From Octopus vulgaris (taxonomy: Eukaryota): a stretch of 64,000 bases of DNA. A program made the position numbers and the translations under genes. The stretch covers positions 42,036,001 to 42,100,000 of the forward strand of contig OX597835.1 of NCBI GenBank assembly GCA_951406725.2. Reading direction: 5' to 3'. This document shows, in pieces, positions 13,322-24,035 of this stretch. The notes under the pieces were generated by a model. The model did not search any database, was not told where the DNA came from, and was given only the letters and a program-made list of their open reading frames with translations. Each line of letters starts with the position of its first letter. Within the stretch, counting starts at the first letter, position 1.

Positions 13322-13770
13322 TTCTTTTATTGGCCACAAGGGCTGACAAAAATCAATTATTACATAAAGGGACAAAACGACGAAAGGTTACAAAGGGTTT
13401 TCTCCGTTTGTGAAAAAAAACGAGTAAAAACAGTGTATCAATCAAAAATTTTAACAACGAAAAACTCCCAATAGAGGAGACGCTTCGAAAAAAAGAAAAG
13501 GTCTCACGTGGAAAAACTCATAAAAGCCACGGGAGCCTGGTCCAAAGAGGGGTAGAGAGCCCCTTTCTCCTTTTATAATACCCTTTTCAATTACAGGCGA
13601 AACCTCAGGATTGGTCCATTTATACTGGCCATTCTTGCACAATTCACCCACCTTTCAGAAAACTTGCTGTCAGACAGCACTCTCCCCTCTAACCTCATCT
13701 TCCTTTTCAAGTGAAACTTGAAAAAGTTGATGAGGCCTTGACCAAAGAGGAAAGTGTCTGACTTTAGTAA
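13322..13770 (-). mobile_element. 5'-truncated Tx1/L1-like LINE 3' end
   Basis: ORF 13591-13782 gives LKSDTFLFGQGLINFFKFHLKRKMRLEGRVLSDSKFSERWVNCARM; 3'UTR ends CAGCCCTTGTGGCCAATAAAAGAA beside (TAA)n. Confidence 0.65.
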
Positions 13771-14524
13771 CCGATATAGCATGCCCCGGTAACAATAGGA
13801 TCAATGTGAAAGAAGAAAAAATAAACAAGTATGGCGATTTGAAGTGGGGAAATACAAACGTTGTGGTCAATGAAGAGAGTAGACGTGATACCAGGAGTAA
13901 TTGGTTCGCTTGGAAGTATCAGTACTCAACTACCAACATGGCTGAAAAAGATTGGTGCAAGTGTGAAGGTAGGACACTTATAAAAATCAGCATTGCTTGG
14001 AACTGCGAGAATCCTTCGCAGGGTTCTTGAAGTATGATCAGTAAACAAGTGTCACCTTAGTCTGCTGACTGTGGACAGCTGACACTTTCCATTATACCCT
14101 GCAAAATAAGATGCGAGTTTTCATCTAATAATGATAATAATTATCATTATTGTATCTGCGTTTGTTTTGATGCTAAGATTGGAATAAATCGACCTGGTTT
14201 GTGAAAAGTTTTGGGCCTGGGTTTGCATCTCCTGAGCTAATTCAGTTCCCGCACTTGCACCAGTAATATGGCGAGTTCTGAAACAAACAAGTATATAAAC
14301 ACAGCGCACGTGCACACAGAGGCAATCTTTCGGACGAACTTTCCTGGATATGGTCAGGAGAGTGGTTCTCAACCATTTTTTACCTATGGACTCTTTTGAT
14401 TCCTGTTTTACTTAAGTGGACCCTCATAACCATCGAACTATCCATCCATACTGCGCTTATTTGTGTGTGTGTGTGTGTATATGTATGTATGTAGTGTATA
14501 TATGTTTATAGATATATGTAAATA

Positions 14525-14557
<33 letters not shown>

Positions 14558-14568
14558 GCATACATAGG

Positions 14569-14686
14569 GCTTACGGCCATATCACGTTGAAAGCACCGGT
14601 TCTCGTCCGATCACCGAAGTTAAGTAACGTCGAGCCTGGTTAGTACTTAGATGGGTGACTGCTTGGGAAACCTGGGTGCTGTAAAC
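14569..14686 (+). rRNA. 5S: 5S rRNA full-length copy (likely retrocopy or SINE head rather than a functional gene)
   Basis: GCTTACGGCCATATCACGTTGAAAGCACCGGTTCTCGTCCGATCACCGAAGTTAAG...GGTTAGTACTTAGATGGGTGAC...GTGCTGTAAAC; 118 nt; helix I pairs with one mismatch; no oligo-T terminator; solitary copy. Confidence 0.92.
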
Positions 14687-15414
14687 GTCACACATTTAAA
14701 CGGCGGTGCATCAGCATGGCCGCATCTCTGAGCTGAAACTACAGAAAAAAAAATATATGTGTATATGTGTATACATGTGTATGTCTGTATGTGTGAACAA
14801 TTGCTAGTGTGTTGGTTGTTGTGTGTCTCTATATATGGAGGGATGTATTATGTAATTCACTGCGGTGCAGATGTGCTGTTGTGTAGTCGCTGTCTTACAA
14901 CGAGGCGCGGTGTGGCTGCATGCAATGCGTCACACTGTATGGTGCGGTAGGATGCGATCAAAGGTATCTGACCACGACACGGGTGGGGTGGTGCGTGGGT
15001 GATAGTGTAGGAGGTGTGACATTGTATAAGGCATAGTGTTGTATGAAATAGCAATAGATGTTTGTGTGTATGTGTGGAATGCTTTTATTTGGTCTCTCAA
15101 TGAACAGACTCATGAACAAAGACTCCCCAACCGTGACCAGTTCATTAATATTTCAGACGGTCGACCTAGGGCCCCTTCATTCAATAATAATAATAGTTTC
15201 AAATTTGCCACAAGGGAAGCGATTTTGGGGAAGAGGATGAGTCGATTATATCGATCGCAGTGCTCAACTGGTACTTATTTTATCGATCCCGAAAGAGATG
15301 AAAGGCAGAGTCGACCTCGGCTGAATTTGAACTCAGAACGTAAAGACAGACGAAATACCGCTAAGCATTTTATCCGGTGTGCTTAAGATTCTGCCAGTTC
15401 GCCGCCTTAATAAT

Positions 15415-15751
15415 AACAAGAACACTCAGAGAGCGCAAGGCAACGCCAACGTCCTCTCAACGAATAGCCAGAGATGATTTTTAAAACGAGAATATCTGAA
15501 ATAAAGTCGATTGCTCTCACAAACGAGAATACTAAAAATGAACCCGACCACTCTCAAAAATTAAGTAAAAAAAAAACGGAAAAATAATCCAGAATCTTTG
15601 TCTGGTACCGGATCGATCCCAAAACTTAATCAGTTCGTGCCAATCACAAGGCCAAACATTCCTGAAAGTTTCATCCGAATCCATCCAGCAGTTCTTGGGA
15701 TATCTTGTCCACGAACAAACAAACAAATACGCTTCGCTAAGGTGGAAGTAA
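15415..15751. mobile_element. Non-autonomous Helentron/HINE-like element (other copies at 54656-54948 and 55630-55816)
   Basis: Shared AACAAGA(G/A)CAC(T/C)CAGAGAGCGC start; subterminal inverted CCTCCGCC/GGCGGAGG motif in the 54656 copy; terminal hairpin CCTTAGCGAAGG in the 55630 copy; the class is inferred. Confidence 0.55.
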
Positions 15752-15765
15752 TAATAATAATAATA

Positions 15766-15815
<50 letters not shown>

Positions 15816-16058
15816 CCTTTCTACAATAGGCACAAGGCCTGAAATTTTGGTGGAGGGGATAGTCGATTACATCGATCTTGGTACTCGGCTGGTACTTAAT
15901 TTATCAACCCTAAAATGAAAGTAAAAAATCGACCTACGCAAAATTTGAACTCAGAACTTAAAACGGACGAAATATCGCTAAGCATTTTGCCTGGCGGGCT
16001 AACGATTCTTCACCTCCCCCATTGCATCATAACAAAAATAATAACAACAACAATTGTT

Positions 16059-16452
16059 GTTACACAAATACTAGAACTGGGCGCCACTGCATAGTGCCAA
16101 GGACTCTAAATTTGCCATCAAGATGTAGGACAAGATACTGTGATAGCCTGGGCTTCAGAGGCCCACAGCTCTTCAATATCCTCCCGAAGAACCTGAGAGA
16201 CCTGCATGGGGTGGATGCAGATGTCTTTAAAATAAAACTGGATCTCTTCCTGTCAGGTGTCCCAGATGAACCAACTTCACGGCAGGAGGTGCAGGTGAGG
16301 GCAGCTGCATCGAACTCTCTCATGCACCAAATGGCAATTGCTAAAAAGCATTCGTGAAGTAAAATCATGTAGCAACACTAAATGGCGGTGCCCCAGCATG
16401 GCCACAGCTCGTGAGCTGAAACTAGATAAAATAAAATAAAAATAAAATAAAT
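16059..16452 (+). mobile_element. 5'-truncated CR1-like LINE: open ORF2 C-terminus, short 3'UTR and (TAAAA)n
   Basis: SLGFRGPQLFNILPKNLRDLHGVDADVFKIKLDLFLSGVPDEP..RAAASNSL matches the F.R...(W/F)N.LP...FK..LD C-terminal pattern of CR1 ORF2; stop at 16355-16357; AATTGTT on both flanks. Confidence 0.8.
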
Positions 16453-16899
16453 AATTGTTTCAAATTTCGGCAAAAAAAAAAGCCAGCAAATTAGGGGGCA
16501 AGTCGATTACATCGACCTCAGTACTCGACTTGTTGAAGAGATCGTGTTGTGGCCTTATGTGCGCTTGAGAGGACTTACTGACAGCACTTACAGCTGTGTT
16601 GGAGCGAAAGAAGAAAAAGCGACATCGTTTTCTAAATAAAGCATCACAATCTAGGAAGTAGAAGAAGAATGATGGTATTTTCGGTTGATAACTGAGAATA
16701 TATTTCAAGTGTTGTTAGGTGTAAGGGTTGAGAGCTGTAAAAAGATCCAATTAGGTCATGTGATTCAAGGTTTTCTTATCTTGAGAGAAATCCTTTTGAA
16801 AGTAAGCAGCTGAGTTAACATTTTCGGATCACTTGACAAGGCTGGTGGCAGAGAAATGAAACTTCTTGAAAAATAACGGTTTTAGGTTTGAAGCTAAGT

Positions 16900-17383
16900 G
16901 TCATCTGCTGACTGATTGAATTTAGGTTTCGTGTGACTTGTGTATGGAGCCATGATTGAAACTGGGTGTTAAACGGAGAGCTAGAGCAGGATGCTATGAC
17001 TGAATGTTGGTATTATATGATTAGTTAGTATAAGGAGCTATGACTGAGCATAGGTTAGCTTATGACTAGTGTAGGGTGCTATGACTACATCTGGGTATCA
17101 TACGATTAGTAAAGGAGACTGTGATTGAATTTAACTAGTATAAGATTTATCTTGTATCTTTTAGCTTTTACTTGTTTCAGTCGGACTGCGGCCATACTGG
17201 GGCACCACATCATTATCATTTAACATCCGCCTTCCATGCCTGGCATACCTCGAAAAATTTTAGTTGAACAAATCGACCCCAGTACTTTTTTTTTTATGCC
17301 TGGTGCTTATTCTATCGGTCTTTTTTGCCGAACCGCTAAGTTACAGGGATGTAAAGACACCAACGCCAGTTGTCAAGCGGTGA

Positions 17384-17458
<75 letters not shown>

Positions 17459-18800
17459 TTATACTTTAAGCTTCTTTCGGTTTCCGCCTACCAAATCCAC
17501 TTACAAGGCTTAGGTTGGCTCGAAGCCACAGTAGAGGACACATGCCTGCCGAAGATGCCACGCAGTGTGACTGAACTCCGAACCATGTGGTTGGGAAGCA
17601 AAGCCACGCCTATATAGAGAGATCTGATTGTATCTATATATCATATGACTCGTATAGGCAACTATGATTCAAATGAATAAAATAGTTATGTTTAGTGTTG
17701 GGAGCTGTGATTGAACCTTGCTTGCTTATGACTAGTGTCAGCAGCTTTGATTAAATTCAGTGAAATATTTTATGACAAATGTAGGGAGCTCAGATTGGCA
17801 GAAACGTTAGCACGCCGGGCGAAATGCGTAGCCGTATTTCGTCTGCCGTTACGTTCTGAGTTCAAATTCCGCTGAGGTCGATTTTGCCTTTCATCCTTTT
17901 GAGGTCAAATAATAAAGTACCAGTTACGCACTAGGGTCGATATAATCGACTTAATCCGTTTGTTTGTCCTCTCTGTGTTTAGCCCCTTGTGGGTAGTAAA
18001 GAAATAGGTATTTCGTCTGCCGTTACGTTCTGAGTTCAAATATTTTCGTCGTTTTGAGACCGCGACTTGTTCACTGACAAAATTCCGTGCTTCATCTCTT
18101 TAGGTTTATAAGTCCAAAAATTGTCTACGTAGTGGATAAGAGCGCGCGCTACTAACCCTCGGATTCTGAGTTCAATCCCCAGGCAGGGACATGAGAAATA
18201 ATATCAACAAAAAATAACATCAGCAAAAAAACAAACAAAAAAAAAACGACTTTAGGCATGAGAACAGCTTCGAAATTCCATCAGAACACTTGATGAAGGC
18301 TGGAGAGTACATCAGTCGAAACTTGGTAACAACAAACAAGATGAGGACACCTCTCCGTCCACTGTAAATAATGTACATAATTCCTGATCCCCAAAATACA
18401 GAATATTATCCACGTTTAAGTAGAGATAGATATTACCACTCGGTATTTAATGCTGTCTCTGTTGCTAATATTTTGAACAGAGTAAAGTATTTGTGACTAG
18501 AAAACTGTGGCTGAATAGAGGTAACTTATGACTCGTGTGGGCAGCTATGATTGAATTAGGAAGGCATTATATACATTTCTTTACTACCCACAAGGGGCTA
18601 AACACAGAGGGGACAAACAAGGAAAGACAAAGGGATTAAGTCGATTACATCGACCCCAGTGCGTAACTGGTACTTAATTTATCGACCCCGAAAGTATGAA
18701 AGGCAAAGTCGACTTCGGCGGAATTTGAACTCGGGAAGGCATTATATAACGTGTAGAGAGATCTGATTGAACTAAGTAAGGTATTTTATGACCAACTTAG
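16900..18800. repeat. Old ~40-bp minisatellite (TATGACTAGTGTAGGGAGCTATGATTGAA-like) broken up by SINE A, SINE B and other insertions
   Basis: The motif recurs at 16930-17145, 17615-17790, 18490-18560 and 18740-18800. Confidence 0.6.
18120..18410 (+). mobile_element. Element with a tRNA-like Pol III head and a degenerate hammerhead-like 3' part
   Basis: TAGTGGATAAGAGCGCG and GAGTTCAATCC boxes at 18130-18178; AACAC-TTGATGA-A-GGCTG-loop-CAGTC-GAAA at 18285-18321. Confidence 0.5.
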
Positions 18801-19574
18801 AGGGATTCCTGGCCATCTGAATACGTGGTATGAATTTAGTTCTTGACTTACGCTGCTAATGTTTTTATGTGTGTGTGTGGGGGTGGTGCGTGAGCGTCAC
18901 AACCTCGTGCCTAAAGGACCCTTGGTGGATCGTTCCTTAACACAAACAAACAAAAGGCTTCTGTCAGTTGATTTTAGTTATTGAAACCGGTGCGAGACAA
19001 ACTAGACTTCGACTTGTCGCGTATCAGATATTGCTGTTTAACCTCGGGCTGGTCTTGACTGAGCAGACCTGTCATTAAAGCTTCTCCCACCATGACCATT
19101 CCGTCTAATTCTTTGACACTGTATACCTAGGACTACATTATTTATTGTGTAATTTATTTTATTTTTTTTTTAAAGACAGTAGTGATTCGAGGGAGATTTG
19201 GCTGCGACTGTTTAGGTCGAGCGACTATTTAGAGCCACGTCTGTCTTCGTTATTGTTGTTTAGTTCTAAGTCAACCGAGATCCAGTTAAGGCCATCTCGT
19301 CGGACATAGTGTATTTAGGAATACGTTGTCAAACAGGTCTCCGCTTTTTAAGACGGTGGGGTGTGATTTGACAGAGATTTTGGGTGCTATTTTTAGCATA
19401 TCGAGAGACCACCCAGAGCTTACCCTCCGTTATCAATCCATTTAATGTCTCACATTCGGTGGGGGTGGGGGTGGGGTAGCGGCGAAGCTTTTAGGGTACG
19501 CGTGAGGAGGGGGGGCACACATAACTGGAATATTTATTTGCACCAGTAACATTTGCACACCCACCCTTTCTCTA

Positions 19575-19880
19575 CGGTGGTGGTGGTGGTGTTAATGTTG
19601 TAGGTGTTTCTAGAAGCGGTGGTGGTGGTGGTGACAATGTGTTAATGGTGGTGGTGGTCTTGATGGTGGTTGTGATGTGGTGGTGGCGACGGCGGTGGTA
19701 GTGGTGTTGGTGGTGGTGATGATAATGGTGATGTTGAAGCTATACCTGGTGGTGGTGGTGGTGATAGTAGTGTGGTGGTATTGGTGTTGTTGTTGGTGGT
19801 GTTTCTAGAATTGATGATGGTAGTGGCAGTGGTGATGTGCTAATGTTGTTATTATTGTTGGTGGTGGTGGCAGCGATGTG
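19575..19880. repeat. Degenerate (GGT)n low-complexity tract
   Basis: Direct inspection. Confidence 0.9.
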
Positions 19881-20407
19881 CTGATGGTGTTGGATGCTGA
19901 GGTGACTAACAACCAAATACCAAGATGTTGGCATCTTATCAGAGACTAGTTAAGCTAAAATTGGTCACTTACCACCCACCGATGACTGCGTATGCAGGAA
20001 TCGACTTAGCGATCACGTTTCAAGAATTCCAAGAGCCGACCTGAAATAGCAGCTAAATCACCCTGAAATCCTACGTTTTTTTTTGTTTGTTTTGTTATTA
20101 TAGTCTTGAATACGCGAGGTCTTCATATAAGATTGGATGGTCATGGTCGGAACACTTTTGGTCATAGGTTTGAAATAGGGTTGATCTGTGCTAAAATACA
20201 AGTTTTATATTTATGTAAAAAAAAAAAACCCAGCGATCTCCAACACTTTTACATCATAGTTGCAAGTGTGGTTGTGTGATAAAAAACTTGCTTCCCAACC
20301 ACATGTTTCCGGGTTCTGACCCACTGCGTGGCACCTTGGGCAAATGTCTTCTACTATAATAGCCTCGTGAGTGGATTTGGGAGACAAAAACTGAAAGAAG
20401 TCCGTCG

Positions 20408-20448
<41 letters not shown>

Positions 20449-20478
20449 TTTAGGATGGAATTTATAAATATCTAATAC

Positions 20479-20611
20479 ATCGCTACGCGCGTTTCCACAA
20501 ATCACATGATTTTAACATCAGAGTCCGTATCCTTGGGATGAGTACAGTACAGTCCGTATTACCCGTGGGCATCCGATTGATCATAATCATTGATTCATTT
20601 CATCAGGCGAT
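20479..20611 (-). ncRNA. Type I hammerhead ribozyme with a 104-nt stem II insert (left pLTR)
   Basis: Minus strand ATCGC-CTGATGA-[104 nt]-GAAA-CGCGCG-TA-GCGAT. Confidence 0.7.
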
Positions 20612-21006
20612 ACTGCATTAGTAGATAAATCACGGAGAGATGTTTATCCGTTCTTGCCAGTATGGAGGCCAATCTGGCTGAGAGGGTATTTCTGTATGTT
20701 CTTGGTAGGGGGAAGTAGCTGATAGGAGTAGAGGAAGAAAGGGCGGGGATTGAGGTATGCGTGGTGGTGTTGGATTTATTTGCTGTTCATTCAGCAGATT
20801 TAAGGATGGTAGTACATTTCTTTGTTTACCCAGAGGGCATTATCAATAGAGGTAGTAATTACATGAATAGCCGCAGAATGCAAGAACTTAGGAAAATAGT
20901 GAATATGATAGGGAGCAAAAGAGAAAGAAAAACCATGACAATGGAGATAGATATAAAACAGAACCCATAAAACTACAGCCAAAGTTAGAAAGAGTCGCAT
21001 GAGGTG

Positions 21007-21590
21007 AAGGCAAATACCCAGAATGGTGTACCGTAGACACCATAAAAAATCTTCTGAGAACCCATCTCTCATCGTTTTCCAATATAAATAATATATTTCT
21101 TTATTACCCACAAGGGGCTAAACATAGAGGGGGACAAACAAGGACAGACAAACGGATTAAGTCGATTACATCGACTCCAGTGCGTTACTGGTACTTAATT
21201 TATCGACCCCGAAAGGATGAAAGGCAAAGTCGACCTCGGCGGAATTTGAACTCACAACGTAACGGCTGACGAAATACGGCTACGCATTTCGCCCGGCGTG
21301 CTAACGTTTCTGCCAGCTCACCGCGTTGAAATAATAGACACTCCACATCTCTGTCGAACCTTGTCTGAAGGCTAAAACGGAATGAAGTGGAATATACAAC
21401 CCACTGGTCCATTATAAAAGATGCTGCACCATAACGGAACTTCACCAATATGCAATATACTTCACCAATATGCAATATATTCTTTGAAGGAACCCTGAAA
21501 ATAATCACATCCAGGGAAAACGTGATAAATAGGGACTCTGAGCCGGTCATATGTAAACACAGGAACAAAATATTATTCATGAAATTTGAA
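21007..21590 (+). pseudogene. GIY-YIG endonuclease C-terminal remnant of a Neptune-like PLE, split by a SINE B
   Basis: With the SINE removed: KYPEWCTVDTIKNLLRTHLSSFSNINNRHSTSLSNLV*RLKRNEVEYTTHWSIIKDAAP*...CNIFFEGTLKIITSRENVINRDSEPVICKHRNK, matching the H..SF..ST.LS..W.LK..WSI..C..C..E..I..N..SE..C(R/K)H pattern. Confidence 0.75.
21094..21328 (-). mobile_element. SINE family B inserted in the PLE ORF
   Basis: AAATAATA target-site duplication at 21086-21093 and 21329-21336. Confidence 0.9.
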
Positions 21591-22044
21591 AAGATATTTC
21601 GAAAAAAGTAACAAATTATAGAACAGTGAAGGAACCCAAAGAAATAAACGAAAATTCCAATATTTGGGATGATACAAACTCTAACAACAGAAACAGTGAA
21701 AAGGTCCCATAAGAGGGGGTGGTATTAGTCAGTTCGGTCAACGAACCCCACTGTGTAGCAGCTGACCACCCGTTGGGTTCAGAATTTATTGAGGAGTGTC
21801 ACACCTTGAATGAAATAGAACAAAGATATGTACTTCCATCCTTAATTCTGCTGAATGAACAGCAAATAAATCCAACACCACCACCACCACACACCTCCAT
21901 CCTCATATTATTATTTTTCCTTCCTCTACTCTCATCGATTACCTCCCCTACCAAGAACATACAGAAATACCCTCTCAGCCAGATTGGCCTCCATACTGGC
22001 AAGAACGGATAAACATCTCTCCGTGATTCATCTACTAATGCAGT

Positions 22045-22177
22045 ATCGCCTGATGAAATGAATCAATGATGATGATCAACCGGATGGCCACGGATAATAC
22101 GGACTATACTGTACTCATCCCGAGGATACGGACTCTGATGTTAAAATCATGTGATTTGTGGAAACGCGCGTAGCGAT
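22045..22177 (+). ncRNA. Type I hammerhead ribozyme with a 104-nt stem II insert (right pLTR)
   Basis: ATCGC(22045)-CTGATGA(22050-56)-AATGAATCA...TGATTTGTG-GAAA(22161-64)-CGCGCG-TA|GCGAT; predicted cleavage after 22172. Confidence 0.7.
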
Positions 22178-22407
22178 GTATTAGATATTTATAAATTCCA
22201 TCCTATAACTGTTATTATTATATTTATCCTACATTATATCGATATAACCATGATGCAACCCCCAAAAGCTGACTCACTAGTCAGTATCATTAGACGGTAG
22301 CCACCATAATGAAATGGGAGCTTTATTTGCACACCCTAACGTTACCTTAAACGAATTTAAAAGATTATATATTTCCTTCCGGTCATTCAAAATGTGACTG
22401 CATGTGT

Positions 22408-22598
22408 ACCGTTGGCGATTTTTCCCCTCTGTCTTCCCTTCTCTGGGTCTTTCCTTCTCCTATGTTTCCGACGAAGAGCTCTGCTCGAAACGTTAAACCC
22501 TCCTTCTTTCCTTCTTTCCTGAGCGTCCAATAATACTATATTTGTTCCACGTCCTCGCGTTGTTGTGTTTTTTTGTGCTTTCTTGTTTGGATTAACTT

Positions 22599-22600
<2 letters not shown>
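22408..22600 (+). mobile_element. Short PLE-type terminal fragment with a minimal hammerhead (U4C core) ending at (TA)n; paralog at 50305-50495
   Basis: GTTT-CCGACGA-A-GAGC-TCT-GCTC-GAAA-CG-TT-AAAC at 22464-22498. Confidence 0.65.
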
Positions 22601-22631
<31 letters not shown>

Positions 22632-22811
22632 CGACTTAAAAAGCTTCCTATATTCGGAATTATATATATATATAATAGAAATATTAAAGGTTATATGGAT
22701 ACAGTTTGTGTATCAAATAGCTAACTTAAGGCGATGGCCTCATGGAGCTAATAAGCGGACAGCTTTATTCTTATTTTTATAAGAATGCCATATTAGTATG
22801 GCGATAACTAA

Positions 22812-22873
<62 letters not shown>

Positions 22874-23095
22874 TATATAGGTGATGAGAGGTAATGGTAT
22901 CAATAAGACCCAAAAGTGTTAGATAATGCTGAGTAAGTGCCTTGGACAGACTATAGTAAGGCTCCAGTTTCGGTGATTATGCGAATGAGTCCAACGTAGG
23001 TCATATATCAGCATGTGTATATATATAAAAAACAAAAAATTGAGAATGAATTAAAAATCCAAGATTGTGAAAGATTTTAAAACATTTATAAATAG

Positions 23096-23144
23096 GTCTT
23101 ACAGCTATTTCCGGGATATTTTATATAAACCCTTCATCGGAGAC
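23096..23144 (-). ncRNA. Minimal hammerhead-like motif (U4C core)
   Basis: Minus strand GTCT-CCGATGA-AGGG...CCCG-GAAA-TAGCTG-TA-AGAC. Confidence 0.55.
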
Positions 23145-23596
23145 GGTGTGAGAAAATGGTTAAGCAATAGTTATTTTAGATAAAATATGAAACAGAGTGA
23201 ACTGGAGAGTCACTTTAAGTAAAACCCTCGATTCAATAAAAACTATGTACAAGTTCTATACTTGGAATGACCAATTCTAAATACTATTGGAACTTATAAG
23301 GTATTGCAATCTTATATGCATGCCATTCTGTCTAAATAATGGATCTACAGATGCAATATCCCTGCATATCCCATGTCTATTTTCTGGCATATTGGCAGAA
23401 TCGTTACAGCGTAAAGAGGAAATGCTTTGCGGTATTTGATCCAGCTCTTTATATCCAGAGTTCAAATACCCTTTCTTGCTTTTCTTTTTTTTATATCTCT
23501 CCGGGATCGATAAAGTAAAGTTTCTGTGAAATACTGGAGTCAATGAGATCAAGTAGTCCCCTTTTCTCGGTATCTCTAGCTTCGAATGTTTGTGTG

Positions 23597-23642
<46 letters not shown>

Positions 23643-24035
23643 CATACATACATACATGTGTGTGTGTGTGTGTGTGTATATATAGATATGTATATATGTG
23701 TATATAGATATATGTATATATATATGTCGTATATATATATGTATGTGTCTGTTTGTACCCTTCCCTTCGTTTGACAACCGATGTTGGTGTGTTTACGTCC
23801 CCGTAACTTAGCGGTTCGGCAAAAGAGACCGACAGAATAAGTACCTCAGTTTGCAAAGAATAAGTCCTGGGCTCGATTTGCTCGACTAAAGGCGGTGCTC
23901 CAGCTTGGCCGCAGTCAAATGATCGAAACAAATAAAAGAATATGTTAGTGTGAGTGTGTGTGTGTTAAAGGGATAACTTATCCTGGCGGATGCCGTATCG
24001 TCTTAAAAAAAGCTATAGGTGCCAGATATCCAAGA

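Larger units (their letters stand above)
20451..22205 (+). mobile_element. Decayed Penelope-like (Neptune-type) retroelement with inverted pLTRs
   Basis: 20451-20826 is the reverse complement of 21819-22205; the interior encodes a disrupted GIY-YIG C-terminal region; both arms carry hammerhead motifs. Confidence 0.8.

Noticed and set aside
20451-22205. Interpretation as a TIR DNA transposon with a TA TSD
   Set aside because: The interior is GIY-YIG-like and the arms contain hammerheads, which fits PLE inverted pLTRs better
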